A stretch of 64,000 nt of DNA, taken from NCBI GenBank assembly GCA_017543835.1, contig JAFYFJ010000020.1, forward strand, positions 36,027 to 100,026. The letters run 5' to 3'. The notes under the pieces are model-generated. The model ran no database searches. It was given only the letters and a program-made list of their open reading frames with translations, and had not been told where the DNA came from. The position numbers were made by a program, and so were the translations under genes. This DNA is from Alphaproteobacteria bacterium (GTDB lineage: Bacteria; Pseudomonadota; Alphaproteobacteria; RF32; CAG-239). Shown here piece by piece: positions 1 to 10,302 of this stretch (within the stretch, counting starts at the first letter, position 1; the number at the start of each line of letters is the position of its first letter).

Positions 1-1
1 T

Positions 2-109
2 CGCAGTATTCCGACAATGTATTTGTTCAAAGACGGCAAACAGGTCGATGTTAAAGTCGGCTTGACGACGCAATCCAATATTCAAGAGTGGATTCAGTCT
101 TACAAATAA
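2..109 (+). CDS. trxA: thioredoxin, C-terminal fragment (5' end lies outside the window)
   Basis: Hand translation of frame 2 gives RSIPTMYLFKDGKQVDVKVGLTTQSNIQEWIQSYK*. This is the conserved thioredoxin C-terminus (IPT-x-x-LFK-x-G...VG). Stop TAA at 107-109. Confidence 0.7.
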   Translation, partial: RSIPTMYLFKDGKQVDVKVGLTTQSNIQEWIQSYK

Positions 110-114
110 TAAAA

Positions 115-160
115 AACGCAAACGATAAAGCCGCCGAGTTTTCGGCGGCTTTGCGTTTTT
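115..160. terminator. bidirectional intrinsic terminator between convergent trxA and tyrS
   Basis: GC stem gccgccga (130-137) / tcggcggc (142-149) with a 4-nt loop, extended by aacgcaaa/tttgcgtt. An A-run lies upstream and a T-run downstream, so it works on both strands. Confidence 0.7.
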
Positions 161-171
161 AAACGAGCGTT

Positions 172-1428
172 TTAGGCGCTTTTGAGCAAGCCGAATTTCT
201 TTTTGCCCTGTGCGATTTTAACTGCACCGTCCACCACATCGGCGGCGGTAATCACATAATTTTCGTCGGTAACCGGTTTGCCGTTGATTTTCAATCCGGC
301 TTGTTTAATCAGACGGCGCGCTTCGCCTTTGCTCTCCACAAATCCGATTTGCAAAAACGCGTCCAAAACGCCAATGCCGCTGTTCAAATCGGCATTCAGA
401 GTCGGCAAATCGTCGCCGGCGGCACCTTGTTCAAATGTTTTGACGGCCGTTTCCTGCGCCGATTGTGCTTCGGCTAAACCGCGGCAAATCTTGGTTGCCT
501 CAAATGCCAGAATCTTTTTGGCTTCGTTAATTTCTTTGTCTTGCAATTTTTCCAAACGATAAATCTCGTCCATCGGCAAATCGGTGAAAATACGCAAGCA
601 CTTGCCGACTTCAGCGTCACCGATATTGCGGAAATATTGATAATAGTCATAAGCCGGCAGTTTGTCTTCGTTAATCCATACCGCGTTGCCCTCGGATTTG
701 CCCATTTTCTTGCCCGCCGAGTCGGTAATAATCGGGCTGGTAAAGCCGAACAATTCCGTATCATAGCGGCGGCGGCCGAGTTCGGTGCCGGAGGTTATGT
801 TGCCCCATTGGTCAGCACCGGCAATTTGCGCGCGGCAGTTATATTTTTGCAACAACACGCAGAAGTCGTAACCCTGCAACAGCATATAGTTAAATTCTAA
901 AAACGACATCGGCTGTTCACGCTCCAGACGGCTTTTAACGCTATCCATCGTGAGCATACGGTTGACCGAATAGCAAGTGCCTATATCGCGCAAAAACTCG
1001 AGATAATTGATGTCTTTGAACCAATTCCAGTTGTCCACCATCAAAGCGTCGGTAGGGCCGTCACCGAATTTCAAGAACTTGGAAAAAGATTTTTTCAGGC
1101 CGATAACATTGTGCGCCAAAGTCGCTTCATCTAAAAACGGACGCAACTTGTCTTTGCCGGACGGGTCGCCGATGCGCGCCGTTGCGCCGCCGACCAATGT
1201 CAACGGCTTGTGCCCGCATTTTTGGAACCAACGCAACATCATCAGCGGCACAATATGCCCGACGTGCAAACTGTCACCGGTCGGGTCGGAACCCAAATAG
1301 CCGACCGCCGGTTTGCCTGTTTTTTCGCACTCATAGAGATAAGCATCAAAGCCCTCTTCATTGGTGCATTGATTGTAAAAACCGCGCTCGTGCATAATAT
1401 TTAAAAATTCCGATTTGAATTGTGTCAT
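172..1428 (-). CDS. tyrS: tyrosine--tRNA ligase
   Basis: 418-aa ORF with a class I HIGH-type motif (LHVGH), a KMSKS-type motif (KMGKS) and a C-terminal S4-like segment (GEARRLIKQAGLKINGK). Confidence 0.93.
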   Translation of the reverse strand: MTQFKSEFLNIMHERGFYNQCTNEEGFDAYLYECEKTGKPAVGYLGSDPTGDSLHVGHIVPLMMLRWFQKCGHKPLTLVGGATARIGDPSGKDKLRPFLDEATLAHNVIGLKKSFSKFLKFGDGPTDALMVDNWNWFKDINYLEFLRDIGTCYSVNRMLTMDSVKSRLEREQPMSFLEFNYMLLQGYDFCVLLQKYNCRAQIAGADQWGNITSGTELGRRRYDTELFGFTSPIITDSAGKKMGKSEGNAVWINEDKLPAYDYYQYFRNIGDAEVGKCLRIFTDLPMDEIYRLEKLQDKEINEAKKILAFEATKICRGLAEAQSAQETAVKTFEQGAAGDDLPTLNADLNSGIGVLDAFLQIGFVESKGEARRLIKQAGLKINGKPVTDENYVITAADVVDGAVKIAQGKKKFGLLKSA

Positions 1429-1514
1429 TGCTTTCCTTTGTCCTTTCGTATTTATACCAATTTTTAACGTATAGTAGCATAATATTTTATCAATGCAACA
1501 GGATTTAATTTTTA

Positions 1515-2618
1515 ATGATTATAAAAAGTTTAAATGCCCTCGGTTTATACGGTAATGCCTCGTTGAATTCGGTTGATTTGGCGCTGATGACAACCGACGG
1601 CGTTGATGTGCAACAATTTGTTAAAACACAGACGGTGCATTATCCGGACGATTTGTGCATGGATATTCGCGCGCTTATATCTAAACGCGGTTGGACTTAT
1701 GAAATGCTCAGCACTAACGCCGATGTGCAAGCGGTGCGCGAAAAAATCAGCCGTTTTTATGCCGAAGAAATCAAGGAATTTGTTGCCGATGAAAAAGTGG
1801 ATTGCTATGGTATCGACGGCTTAACATTGTTCAGTAATCCCGATGAAAAATGCTCGTATCAGCTTGAAGACGGGCGCGTTTTGGCGCGCGAACTCGAGCA
1901 AAACATCGTGACGCACTTTCACCGCGCCGATTTGCTTTCGGGCGGGCAGGCATCACCGCTTATGCCGGCATTTGTCAACTATTTGGGACAGATGGTGGAA
2001 AAACCGGCACTGTTTATCATTGTTGACGCGGTCAGCAGTTTGATTTATTTAGGACAATCGGGCGAATTGACGGCGTTTGACTGTGCACCGGGGATGGCGA
2101 TGATTGAGGACTGGACTTTTCGCCACGCCAATATGCAGACCGATTACAACGGCAAACTCGCCGTGACGGGCAAGCCGGATATGCAAATTGTCGAGTCATT
2201 GTTGCGCCATAAAATTTTGAAAAAAGAGCCGCCGAAAGCGTTGGATATCCTTTGTTTTGCCGATAAAAAAGAGCACTTAGAGGGCTTGTCGCTCGAAGAC
2301 GGCGCGGCGACGGCAACCGCATTTATCGCCGAGGCGATTTATCAGGCGGCGTTTGACTTTTTGCCTAAGATACCGGCTAATTTGTTTATCGGCGGTGCCG
2401 GCGCGCAAAATCCGACATTGTTGCGGCTGATTAAGCAAAATTTTGCCCCGCGTGATGTGATGCCGCTGAGCCGGCTTAATCCGAATTTGGATGCCATCGG
2501 TGCGCAATCGACCGCATTTAATACCGTGCGGCGGCTTTACGGTATGCCGCTGACCTACCCGACAACAACCGGCGCGTTTGAACCGCTGAGCGGAGGAGAA
2601 ATCTATGAAAAAATCTGA
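1515..2618 (+). CDS. anmK: anhydro-N-acetylmuramic acid kinase
   Basis: 367 aa, the right length for AnmK. N-terminal G-x-x-S-L-N-S-V-D-L-A-L segment and C-terminal PLTYPTTTGA...PLSGGEIY pattern typical of AnmK. Divergent from tyrS. Confidence 0.7.
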   Translation: MIIKSLNALGLYGNASLNSVDLALMTTDGVDVQQFVKTQTVHYPDDLCMDIRALISKRGWTYEMLSTNADVQAVREKISRFYAEEIKEFVADEKVDCYGIDGLTLFSNPDEKCSYQLEDGRVLARELEQNIVTHFHRADLLSGGQASPLMPAFVNYLGQMVEKPALFIIVDAVSSLIYLGQSGELTAFDCAPGMAMIEDWTFRHANMQTDYNGKLAVTGKPDMQIVESLLRHKILKKEPPKALDILCFADKKEHLEGLSLEDGAATATAFIAEAIYQAAFDFLPKIPANLFIGGAGAQNPTLLRLIKQNFAPRDVMPLSRLNPNLDAIGAQSTAFNTVRRLYGMPLTYPTTTGAFEPLSGGEIYEKI

Positions 2619-3342
2619 AAAATCAATACTTAAAGTAGAAAAATTATGCAAAAATTACGGCGACATCAAAGCGTCGGATAATTTGAGTTTTGAGGCAAAA
2701 AGCGGCGAAATTATCGCACTTTTAGGCCCGAACGGCGCCGGCAAATCAACCCTAATGAATATGATTGCCGGATATTTGGCGCCGACCTCCGGCAAAATCA
2801 AAGTATTGGGCAAAGATATTGCCGATTTTCCGATTTTTGCTAAAGAGAACATCGGCTTTTTGCCGGAAGGTTCGCCGCTTTATGCCGATTTGAGTGTTAA
2901 GCGCTTTTTGTGCTATATGGCCGAGTTGCGCGGGCTCAAAAAAGATGCGGTGCAAAAGGTGGCCGAAATCGCCAATGTTACCAATGTGATGGCGCAAAAG
3001 GTCGATACGCTTTCCAAGGGCTATCAGCGCCGTGTCGGCTTTGCGCAAAGCATTTTGAGTAATCCGCCGCTTTTACTTTTGGACGAGCCGACCGACGGCT
3101 TGGACCCGAATCAAAAGGATTATATCCGCCAATTGATTAAGCAAATGGCCAAAGATAAAACCATCATCATCTCGACGCATTTGCTGGAGGAGGCCGAAAC
3201 CGTCTGCAATCGCATCATTGTTTTGGACAAGGGTAAAATTAAGGCCGACGGCGATTTGCAGACTTTGCTAAAACAAATCAAAGCCAAAACAATTGCCGAG
3301 GCATTTCGTAAATTGACCGCAAAGGAGAACACCGATGAATAA
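2605..3342 (+). CDS. ABC transporter ATP-binding protein (ABC-2/GldA-like)
   Basis: Walker A GPNGAGKST, signature LSKGYQRR, Walker B LLLLDEPT. Overlaps the anmK stop and the downstream permease start. Confidence 0.9.
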   Translation: MKKSEKSILKVEKLCKNYGDIKASDNLSFEAKSGEIIALLGPNGAGKSTLMNMIAGYLAPTSGKIKVLGKDIADFPIFAKENIGFLPEGSPLYADLSVKRFLCYMAELRGLKKDAVQKVAEIANVTNVMAQKVDTLSKGYQRRVGFAQSILSNPPLLLLDEPTDGLDPNQKDYIRQLIKQMAKDKTIIISTHLLEEAETVCNRIIVLDKGKIKADGDLQTLLKQIKAKTIAEAFRKLTAKENTDE

Positions 3343-6300
3343 GATTCTGACTGTCGCCAAAAACGAGCTGATTCGCTATTTTGTGTCGCCGCTTGCGTAT
3401 GTGTATTTGTTCTGCTTTGTGATTTTGAACGCGTCGTTTGCGATTTATTTCGGCGATTTCTTTAATCGCGGGCAGGCCGATTTGCAAGCCATGTTTGAGT
3501 TTCAGCCGTGGCTGTATCTGCTGTTTATTCCGGGGATTTCGATGCGCTTGTGGGCCGAGGAGTTCCACTCCAAAACCATTGTGCAAATTGCCACACAACC
3601 GATTTCCATAACTCAACTGGTGCTCGGTAAATTTTTGGCCGCTTGGATATTTTGCGGTATTGCGCTGATTTTAACAACGCCGTTTTGGCTGACCATAAAT
3701 ATTTTGGGCGACCCCGACAATTTTGTGATATTTATGGGCTATTGCGGCAGTTTTGTTTTGGCCGGTTGTATGCTTGCCGTGGCGCAAACAATGTCGGCGC
3801 TGACCAGAAATCAGATTATTGCTTTGGTGTTGGCGGTAATCGCAAACTTGCTGTTTTTCTGGAGCGGTATTGAGTATGTGTTATCGTTTTGCCGCCTGTT
3901 TTTGCCGGAAAGCATAGTGGACGTGATTGCCTCGTTAAGTTTTATTACGCACTTTAACAACCTGACATACGGCTTGCTTGAATTGCGCAATGTTATTTTC
4001 TTGCTTTCGTTGATTTTGTTCGGCAATTATACCACCGTGCTGATTATCAACTTCAAAACGGCGGGAACTTCCGGCTGGCTGAAGTCGACCAGTCGATTGT
4101 ATAATGTGGTTGCGTGGTTCCTGTTGTTGTTGATTTTCTTCGGTGTCAACATCTTGGCCAACAATCTGACCGCCGATATTCAATATGATGGCACAGAGGA
4201 AAAGAACTGGACCTTGACCGACGATACCAAAAAGATTTTGCAAAACTTGCAAGAGCCGGTGTTGGCGCGGTTGTATTTTTCGCCGATTTTGGAACAACGT
4301 AATCCGGAACTGCGCGAAAAGTTTAACTCCATCCGCATTTTGTTGCACAAATACAAGGGTTTATCAAAAGGCAAGTTTGATTATAAAATATATTATCCTC
4401 GATTTTTGGGGCACGAAGAAGATTTGGCCATTGCCGACGGCGTGCAGTTGATTCCGCTGGTTGACCTTAATCAGACGGCGTTGTTCGGTATGACGGTTGA
4501 AGATACTTTGCAAAACAAAGAAGTCATCCCGTTTTTTGCGCAAAATCAATACGGGCGTTTGGAGCAGGATATTACCACCAAAATCTATCAACTCGGGCAC
4601 GAGCGCAAAACCGTCGGCATTTTGACCGGCACTTCGATTTTCGGGAAGAATTCGGATACCGAAGGCGTGGTTTTCGGTGATGTGTGGGAAGTCGTGCAAA
4701 TGCTCAACAAAGATTATCAACTGCACGAAATCAAAGAGCCGAAAGATTTTGACGATTATCAATTTGATGTTTTGCTGATGTTTTATCCGAAAAATCTCTC
4801 CAAAGAGATGATTGAAAAAATCAAAGAATATACGCGGACCGTCGGCAAAATTATTTTGATTCTCGACCCGGCAAACGAGGCCGAGCGGCTTTATTCGCCG
4901 GCCGCATTCCCGCAGCCGTCCGACATTGGCGAACTTGAGCAATTTTGGCGTATTAAACTTTATCCCGACTATGTGGTGGCCGATTTGAAAAACTCGGTTA
5001 CAGTGGATTCGTCTGAGGATTATACGAAAAATCCGGCCTTTTCGCAGGATGTTATTCAGTTTAAGATTCAGCACGAAGATATGAATCCGGAACATCCGGT
5101 TACGCGCAATTTGCACGAAATTATGTTCACATCGGCTTCGGTGGTGGTGCCGGATTTGGATGCTTACAAAGAAAAAAGAATAGTGTTCTATCCGCTGTTG
5201 CGCGCCAGTATGATTTCCGAGCTGATTAAGTCGGATGTTGTGACCAAAGGCAAAAATCCGGAAGAGATTTTGCAAGATTTTGAAGTGGACGGGAATCAGA
5301 AAATTTTGGCGGCCGAAATTATCGGTTTGGAAGAAGACCGGCCGTTTGATATTATCGCGGTTGCGGATTCGGATTTTCTGTATGACCAATTTTGGATGGA
5401 AAAAACGCATCTGTTGGAAAGCGAATATGTTACCGCCGTGTTTGACAGCGCCAATTTCTTGCTCAATGCCGTCGATTATTTGACCAATCAGGATGCTTTG
5501 CTCGGACTGCGCGGCAAACGGGCGCTCGACCGCAAATTTAACGATATTGAGGTTCTGCGTCGCTTAAATGCTTTGCAGTATAAACAAGAAGAAATGAAGA
5601 TTTTTGAGGAGCTTAATGCGGCTAAAAATGCCATTAAGGAAATTTGGGCCAAACGCGAATTTGAAGACCGCGAAAACTTTACGCCGGATGAATTGGCGGC
5701 AATTTCAAAAATTAACACGCGCTTGGATGAGTTTCGTCAGCGTTTGAGCGAATTGCGCTATCAGGCCCATCAAAACATCAAACAAATTTCTTCACGCGTC
5801 GCGTTTTTCAATATTTGGTTTTTACCGCTTGTTTTCGGCAGTATTTTGCTATTGGTGCGTTTGTTCAAAATGTTGCGCCGTCAACGCGTCAGAAGTGCGC
5901 CGTTTAAGATTAACAAGCGGCTGCTGACTTTGGGTGCGGGCGCGCTGGTTGTTTTGGTCTTGTCGGCAATTTCAATTTATGCCGTTAATTACAGCAGTGT
6001 CGATGCGTATGAAGGCAAGTTGGTCTTTCCGGAATTTAAGGACCATATCAACGAAGTCAATAAAATTGTTTTGAAAACAAACAAAATACAGCTGACGTTT
6101 GAGCTGAAAGATAATCAATGGCATTTGCAAGAAGTGCCTGATTTGCCGGTTTATCAGGAGCGGGTGCGCCGTTTGTTGTCGATGATTGCCGAGGCGCGTT
6201 ATTTTGCGCGTAAGAGCAACAAAGCCGAGAATCTGGCGATGTTTAATCTGTTGCCGATAGAGGACGAAAACTCCGGTGTTATCAAAGTATCGGCGTTGGC

Positions 6301-6805
6301 CGACGACAAGGTGATTCAAACCTTTAACTTGGGCGATGTCAACATAGATATCGGTCGCGGCGGCAAAGCGGCGTATATGCGTTTTGACGACCAGTTTCAA
6401 GTATGGGAAATCGAGGCCGATTTTGTGAGTATGGATTTGGATTGGCACTATTGGACCTATTCGCATTTGTGGGATTTGCGTTTCGGCCGTCCGAGCACGC
6501 ACGGTGAAGATTTCTTCAAAGAAAGATATTTGCTTAATGTGATGCGTTTGCTTTTGAACACACCGTATGAAAAGGTTATTGACGACCCGCACAAAGAAGC
6601 ATTAGCAACCATCAGATTCAATGTTGAAGACGACAATAAGGCGGATTTATCGTTCCATAAGGACGGGGATATCAGCTATGTGACTTATACCTTTGATGAA
6701 AATAATCATAACCCGCATTTAAAATTGCTGGCAGAATATTTAAATGGCAAAGCGTGTGTAATCGAAAACGAGAAGATGGAGAAATTGCTTGACGTTATCA
6801 AATAA
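3335..6805 (+). CDS. fused ABC-2 permease / GldG-type auxiliary domain protein (with a DUF4340-like tail)
   Basis: 1156 aa. The N-terminal ~240 aa are polytopic (ABC-2 permease-like). A large extracytoplasmic domain follows, flanked by a further TM (FFNIWFLPLVFGSILLLV), then a C-terminal extension. 8-nt overlap with the ATPase gene. The family call rests on architecture only. Confidence 0.65.
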   Translation: MNKILTVAKNELIRYFVSPLAYVYLFCFVILNASFAIYFGDFFNRGQADLQAMFEFQPWLYLLFIPGISMRLWAEEFHSKTIVQIATQPISITQLVLGKFLAAWIFCGIALILTTPFWLTINILGDPDNFVIFMGYCGSFVLAGCMLAVAQTMSALTRNQIIALVLAVIANLLFFWSGIEYVLSFCRLFLPESIVDVIASLSFITHFNNLTYGLLELRNVIFLLSLILFGNYTTVLIINFKTAGTSGWLKSTSRLYNVVAWFLLLLIFFGVNILANNLTADIQYDGTEEKNWTLTDDTKKILQNLQEPVLARLYFSPILEQRNPELREKFNSIRILLHKYKGLSKGKFDYKIYYPRFLGHEEDLAIADGVQLIPLVDLNQTALFGMTVEDTLQNKEVIPFFAQNQYGRLEQDITTKIYQLGHERKTVGILTGTSIFGKNSDTEGVVFGDVWEVVQMLNKDYQLHEIKEPKDFDDYQFDVLLMFYPKNLSKEMIEKIKEYTRTVGKIILILDPANEAERLYSPAAFPQPSDIGELEQFWRIKLYPDYVVADLKNSVTVDSSEDYTKNPAFSQDVIQFKIQHEDMNPEHPVTRNLHEIMFTSASVVVPDLDAYKEKRIVFYPLLRASMISELIKSDVVTKGKNPEEILQDFEVDGNQKILAAEIIGLEEDRPFDIIAVADSDFLYDQFWMEKTHLLESEYVTAVFDSANFLLNAVDYLTNQDALLGLRGKRALDRKFNDIEVLRRLNALQYKQEEMKIFEELNAAKNAIKEIWAKREFEDRENFTPDELAAISKINTRLDEFRQRLSELRYQAHQNIKQISSRVAFFNIWFLPLVFGSILLLVRLFKMLRRQRVRSAPFKINKRLLTLGAGALVVLVLSAISIYAVNYSSVDAYEGKLVFPEFKDHINEVNKIVLKTNKIQLTFELKDNQWHLQEVPDLPVYQERVRRLLSMIAEARYFARKSNKAENLAMFNLLPIEDENSGVIKVSALADDKVIQTFNLGDVNIDIGRGGKAAYMRFDDQFQVWEIEADFVSMDLDWHYWTYSHLWDLRFGRPSTHGEDFFKERYLLNVMRLLLNTPYEKVIDDPHKEALATIRFNVEDDNKADLSFHKDGDISYVTYTFDENNHNPHLKLLAEYLNGKACVIENEKMEKLLDVIK

Positions 6806-7712
6806 TCAGCGCCGTCTTAAAAACAACGCGGCATACGCCAGTATTGCCACGGCGGTTGTTTTGACCGTCATCAAAGGCGCGGCGGCTTTTGTGACCGGCT
6901 CGCTGTCGGTGTTGTCGTCAATGGCGGACAGTTTGGCCGATGTCATATCTTCTTTGGTAACGCTTATTGCGGTGATTTATGCCGATAAACCGCTGACTTG
7001 CGAACACCGCTACGGTTACGGGCGGGCAGAAGCGGTCAGCGCCTTGGTGCAGGCGGCATTTATCAGCGGCTCGGCATTTTTTATTTTGTATGACGCGGCA
7101 TATCGTGTCGGGCATCCGGTAATGCTCAAGCAAACGGGTATCGGTATCGGCGTGATGGGCATCAGCATTATGCTGACTTTGGCGCTGATATGCTATCAGA
7201 AATACGCCATCAAACGCGTTTCGTCGCAAGCCATAGAGGCCGACAACAAACATTATGTGATAGATTTGGCGGCAAATGCGGCGGTTTTGATATCGTTGGC
7301 GGCGGTGCGCTGGCTCAAGTGGGAATGGGTCGATATGGCGGCCGCGGTGTTGGTGTCGATTTATCTGATTGCAACGGCATTGAAAATCGCCAAACGCGCT
7401 TTAGAAGAAATCACCGACAAAGAAATCGATGTCGATATTAAGGCGCGCATAATCGAGGCGGTGACGTCAGTTGACGGGGTTAAGGGCTATCACGATTTTC
7501 GCTCGCGCGTTTCCGGCAACCGCTGGTTTATCGAGATTCATCTCGAATTTGACGGTAATCTGACCTTGTTGCAGGCACACGAACTTGCCGAGCAGGCCGA
7601 AAACAAAATTACCGCCCTATATGCCGAAGCACAGGTTATTATACATCAAGACCCGGTTGGTATAGAAGAAAAACGCCTCGATAATGATATTATCGGACCT
7701 TGCGCGTGGTAG
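6789..7712 (+). CDS. cation diffusion facilitator family transporter
   Basis: Six-TM N-terminal half with a D-x-x-x-D motif (ADSLAD) and an H-x-x-x-D motif (HYVID), plus a cytoplasmic C-terminal domain. The only in-frame start before the conserved region is TTG at 6789, so the start is uncertain. Confidence 0.8.
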   Translation: MTLSNNQRRLKNNAAYASIATAVVLTVIKGAAAFVTGSLSVLSSMADSLADVISSLVTLIAVIYADKPLTCEHRYGYGRAEAVSALVQAAFISGSAFFILYDAAYRVGHPVMLKQTGIGIGVMGISIMLTLALICYQKYAIKRVSSQAIEADNKHYVIDLAANAAVLISLAAVRWLKWEWVDMAAAVLVSIYLIATALKIAKRALEEITDKEIDVDIKARIIEAVTSVDGVKGYHDFRSRVSGNRWFIEIHLEFDGNLTLLQAHELAEQAENKITALYAEAQVIIHQDPVGIEEKRLDNDIIGPCAW

Positions 7713-7715
7713 CTG

Positions 7716-9362
7716 TTATGCTTTTTGCGGGAACTTAATGGTAAAGCACGTTCCTTTTTTATGCTTGCTTTTGACCGAGATTTTGCCGTTGCGTTTTTCG
7801 ATTAAGCTGCTGACAATTGCCAAACCCAAACCGGAACTTTTCTCTCTGTAATTTGCGGAATAAAACGGCTCGAAAATATGCTTGATTTTATCCGGCTCGA
7901 TACCGATTCCCGTATCGGCAACATCAACCACGACCGATTTGCCGCTCTTTTTGCCCGAAATACTTAAAACACCGCCGTCCGGCATGGCCTTAATCGCGTT
8001 TTGTGCCAGATTGAGAATAATCATCTTAAAGTCGGATTCGTTGCCCTCAAAACTCAGATTCGGCTCAATATTTGTTTCAACGGAAATACCGCGCCGCTTG
8101 GCATCGTAATCAATCATCAGCATCATATCCTTAATGGCATTCGGCACATCAATGATACCGGAATCTTGCTCGGAATATTGCGCCAGTTTGAGCAGTCTCT
8201 CCGGCGTTCGCAGTGTTTCGACCAGTTGCTTATGCACCATAAGCAGATATTTCTTTTGTTCGTCATCATCCGGAATATCTTTGTAGTTGCTGTCGAGGAT
8301 TCCCTCCAAAATCATACGAATTGCGCCGAGGTTGTTCTTAATTTCGTGCGCCAGCGAGGTCGATAAAAACGCGAGCGATGAAACTTTTTGCTGGTGCGAA
8401 AAATGCACATCGCGGCTTAAATCGTGAAGCGCCTCAATAATGTAATAATCGTCCGGATTTTTACCGTATATCAGCTTGTTGGCATTGACATACAGCGGGT
8501 GTCTGCCGACTTCGTGAATGGCATGAAAATCTTTTTGCCCCGCGCAAATATGCCGTATCGGACAATTATAGCGACTGCGCGGACAACCGTCGCAATCAAA
8601 ACCGTATGCCTTATAACATTTTTCGCCGATACAGGATTTTTCGAGCTTCAGAACATCATAAAAAGAGCGGTTGGCCATCACCACATTATAATTTTTATCT
8701 ATCACGCGTATCCCGTCCGGTATGGCGTCTATCAGCTGTTGCAAGAACTTTTCGCGCAACTTTGTTTTTTCGATGTTATCTTCGGTGTTGTCGAGCATCT
8801 GATTAAATGTGGCATACAAAATATCGAATTCATCTTTGGCCAGCGCACTTTTTTGCGTAGGTAATCGGTCGGAGAATATGCCGGCGGAAACGTTGTTGCT
8901 GACCGCAATCATTTTTTGCAACGGGCGAATAACCCAATAATCAAGCAACAATATCAGCACAAACACCAACAACATAACCACGATTAAACTGACAGCGACG
9001 ATTTCGGCGCCGGTGATAAGCGCTTCTTTGTTGTTATTGTAGTTTTCCCACAATTCATCATTGAGCTGACGTTCGCTGCTCAATTCCTGCTGAAAGGCGC
9101 TGATTCTGTCGCTGTTGGATATATAATCCGAATTGTTCATAATGTTCGGATATTCTATCGCCAATGCTGCCATTGTCTGACGTAAACGGATGTTATCATT
9201 TAATAAGCTGACGACGTATTGATTACGCATATAAACGGAAGTCATATTATCCTGTAATTTTTGCGAATACAAATTAAAGAAAATCACAAAAAAGATAACC
9301 GCCAAGATTGCCATAAATGCAAACAAGCTATACATAATTTTTTTGTTTAAGCTGATAAACAT
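7716..9362 (-). CDS. sensor histidine kinase (orphan; Cys-rich PAS-like sensor)
   Basis: Two N-terminal TMs; H-box SLAHEIKNNL, N-box LNLAQNAIKAM, G1 DTGIGI, G2 GLGLAIV. No response regulator gene is adjacent. Confidence 0.9.
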   Translation of the reverse strand: MFISLNKKIMYSLFAFMAILAVIFFVIFFNLYSQKLQDNMTSVYMRNQYVVSLLNDNIRLRQTMAALAIEYPNIMNNSDYISNSDRISAFQQELSSERQLNDELWENYNNNKEALITGAEIVAVSLIVVMLLVFVLILLLDYWVIRPLQKMIAVSNNVSAGIFSDRLPTQKSALAKDEFDILYATFNQMLDNTEDNIEKTKLREKFLQQLIDAIPDGIRVIDKNYNVVMANRSFYDVLKLEKSCIGEKCYKAYGFDCDGCPRSRYNCPIRHICAGQKDFHAIHEVGRHPLYVNANKLIYGKNPDDYYIIEALHDLSRDVHFSHQQKVSSLAFLSTSLAHEIKNNLGAIRMILEGILDSNYKDIPDDDEQKKYLLMVHKQLVETLRTPERLLKLAQYSEQDSGIIDVPNAIKDMMLMIDYDAKRRGISVETNIEPNLSFEGNESDFKMIILNLAQNAIKAMPDGGVLSISGKKSGKSVVVDVADTGIGIEPDKIKHIFEPFYSANYREKSSGLGLAIVSSLIEKRNGKISVKSKHKKGTCFTIKFPQKA

Positions 9363-9405
9363 CCGTTTGTCCTATGATTTTGTGCGAATTGTGAATATTG
9401 TGTGC

Positions 9406-10302
9406 TTATTTGGCGTCGCGCAACTCCGGGAAAAAGTCGGTTCGGTTCAGCTTGTAGAAAGTGAACGTATAGTCGATTAAGCCGGCAACATTTTGCAAAT
9501 TGCTGTCGTTCAGCATTTTAGCGGCCAGTTGTTCGCCGTATGGCGGGCGTTTCATCTGGCGGCTGATATGACGTGCCTCGCGCAAATATTCGTAATTGAT
9601 GTGCGAATTAAGCAACAGCGCGCGCGCTCTGATGCAATCGGCCAAGTTTTCATACGCTTTGTAACGATAGTCGGCGTCCGGGTCATCAAGCGGCACAACG
9701 CCTCTGTCATCATACCATACTTCGTCTAAATAAAGCGAATTTGCGGTCAGCGCCAAACGCGAAGTTCCCCAGTCTGTATAAATGGCGGCGGTGGCAATCA
9801 GCAAAGACGGCGGAATGGCATCGACTTTTATCATCAGCTGCCGGAACAAACTGAGAGTGCGCGCATCACCCTTAAGGTTGGTGAACGCGTCATACTCGCG
9901 GGCTTTTTGCTCCAAAAAAGAGGCCTCGCTCATACTCAACTTTTTTTCTTTGATGAATTTGGTGCGCAAATCTTCAAGCACCTTGCGTTCTTGCGCGATT
10001 TCTTCATTGATTTTCAAAACCAGCGGCAACATAATCCGAATAAAAATGCGGTGCTTGGCATCGTTGTCCTGAATATCTTTCCAGTCGGTCGGCATGTGGT
10101 CCATATAAATACGCGGATAGCGGCCGCGCTCTTTGGTATAATCCTCATAATTGTTGCGCGCGAATATCTCGACGATTTCGTCGGTGTTTGCTTCATGAAC
10201 GGTAAGAGCGCCGTCGCGCTTTGTCATCCGCAGATACGCCTGCGCCGAAACGGCGGAAAACATACTAACCATAAAAACGGCCGTTAACAGTAACTTTTTC
10301 AT
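9406..10302 (-). CDS. secreted glucosaminidase-domain protein (Bax/FlgJ-like)
   Basis: Signal peptide (MKKLLLTAVFMVSMFSAVSAQA). The central segment AAIYTDWGTSRLALTANSLY resembles the E-S-G-W-G-T-S region of Bax/GH73 glucosaminidases. Confidence 0.55.
   Translation of the reverse strand: MKKLLLTAVFMVSMFSAVSAQAYLRMTKRDGALTVHEANTDEIVEIFARNNYEDYTKERGRYPRIYMDHMPTDWKDIQDNDAKHRIFIRIMLPLVLKINEEIAQERKVLEDLRTKFIKEKKLSMSEASFLEQKAREYDAFTNLKGDARTLSLFRQLMIKVDAIPPSLLIATAAIYTDWGTSRLALTANSLYLDEVWYDDRGVVPLDDPDADYRYKAYENLADCIRARALLLNSHINYEYLREARHISRQMKRPPYGEQLAAKMLNDSNLQNVAGLIDYTFTFYKLNRTDFFPELRDAK

Noticed and set aside
4364-5410. 348-aa minus-strand ORF inside the GldG-type transporter gene. Similar antisense ORFs lie at 5972-6592, 15585-16334, 17430-18053, 21032-21676, 28163-28648, 33929-34672, 40180-40788, 43779-44294 and 47560-48189.
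   Set aside because: All lie wholly inside strongly supported genes on the opposite strand. They have R/F/I/L/C-rich shadow-frame composition, no RBS and no recognisable motifs. They are typical antisense artefacts.
2605-6805. ABC ATPase plus fused GldF/GldG-like protein as a gliding-motility or novel export system.
   Set aside because: This ATPase plus ABC-2 permease plus GldG-type arrangement is widespread outside gliding bacteria, and no other motility genes are nearby. It is treated as an ordinary transporter of unknown substrate.
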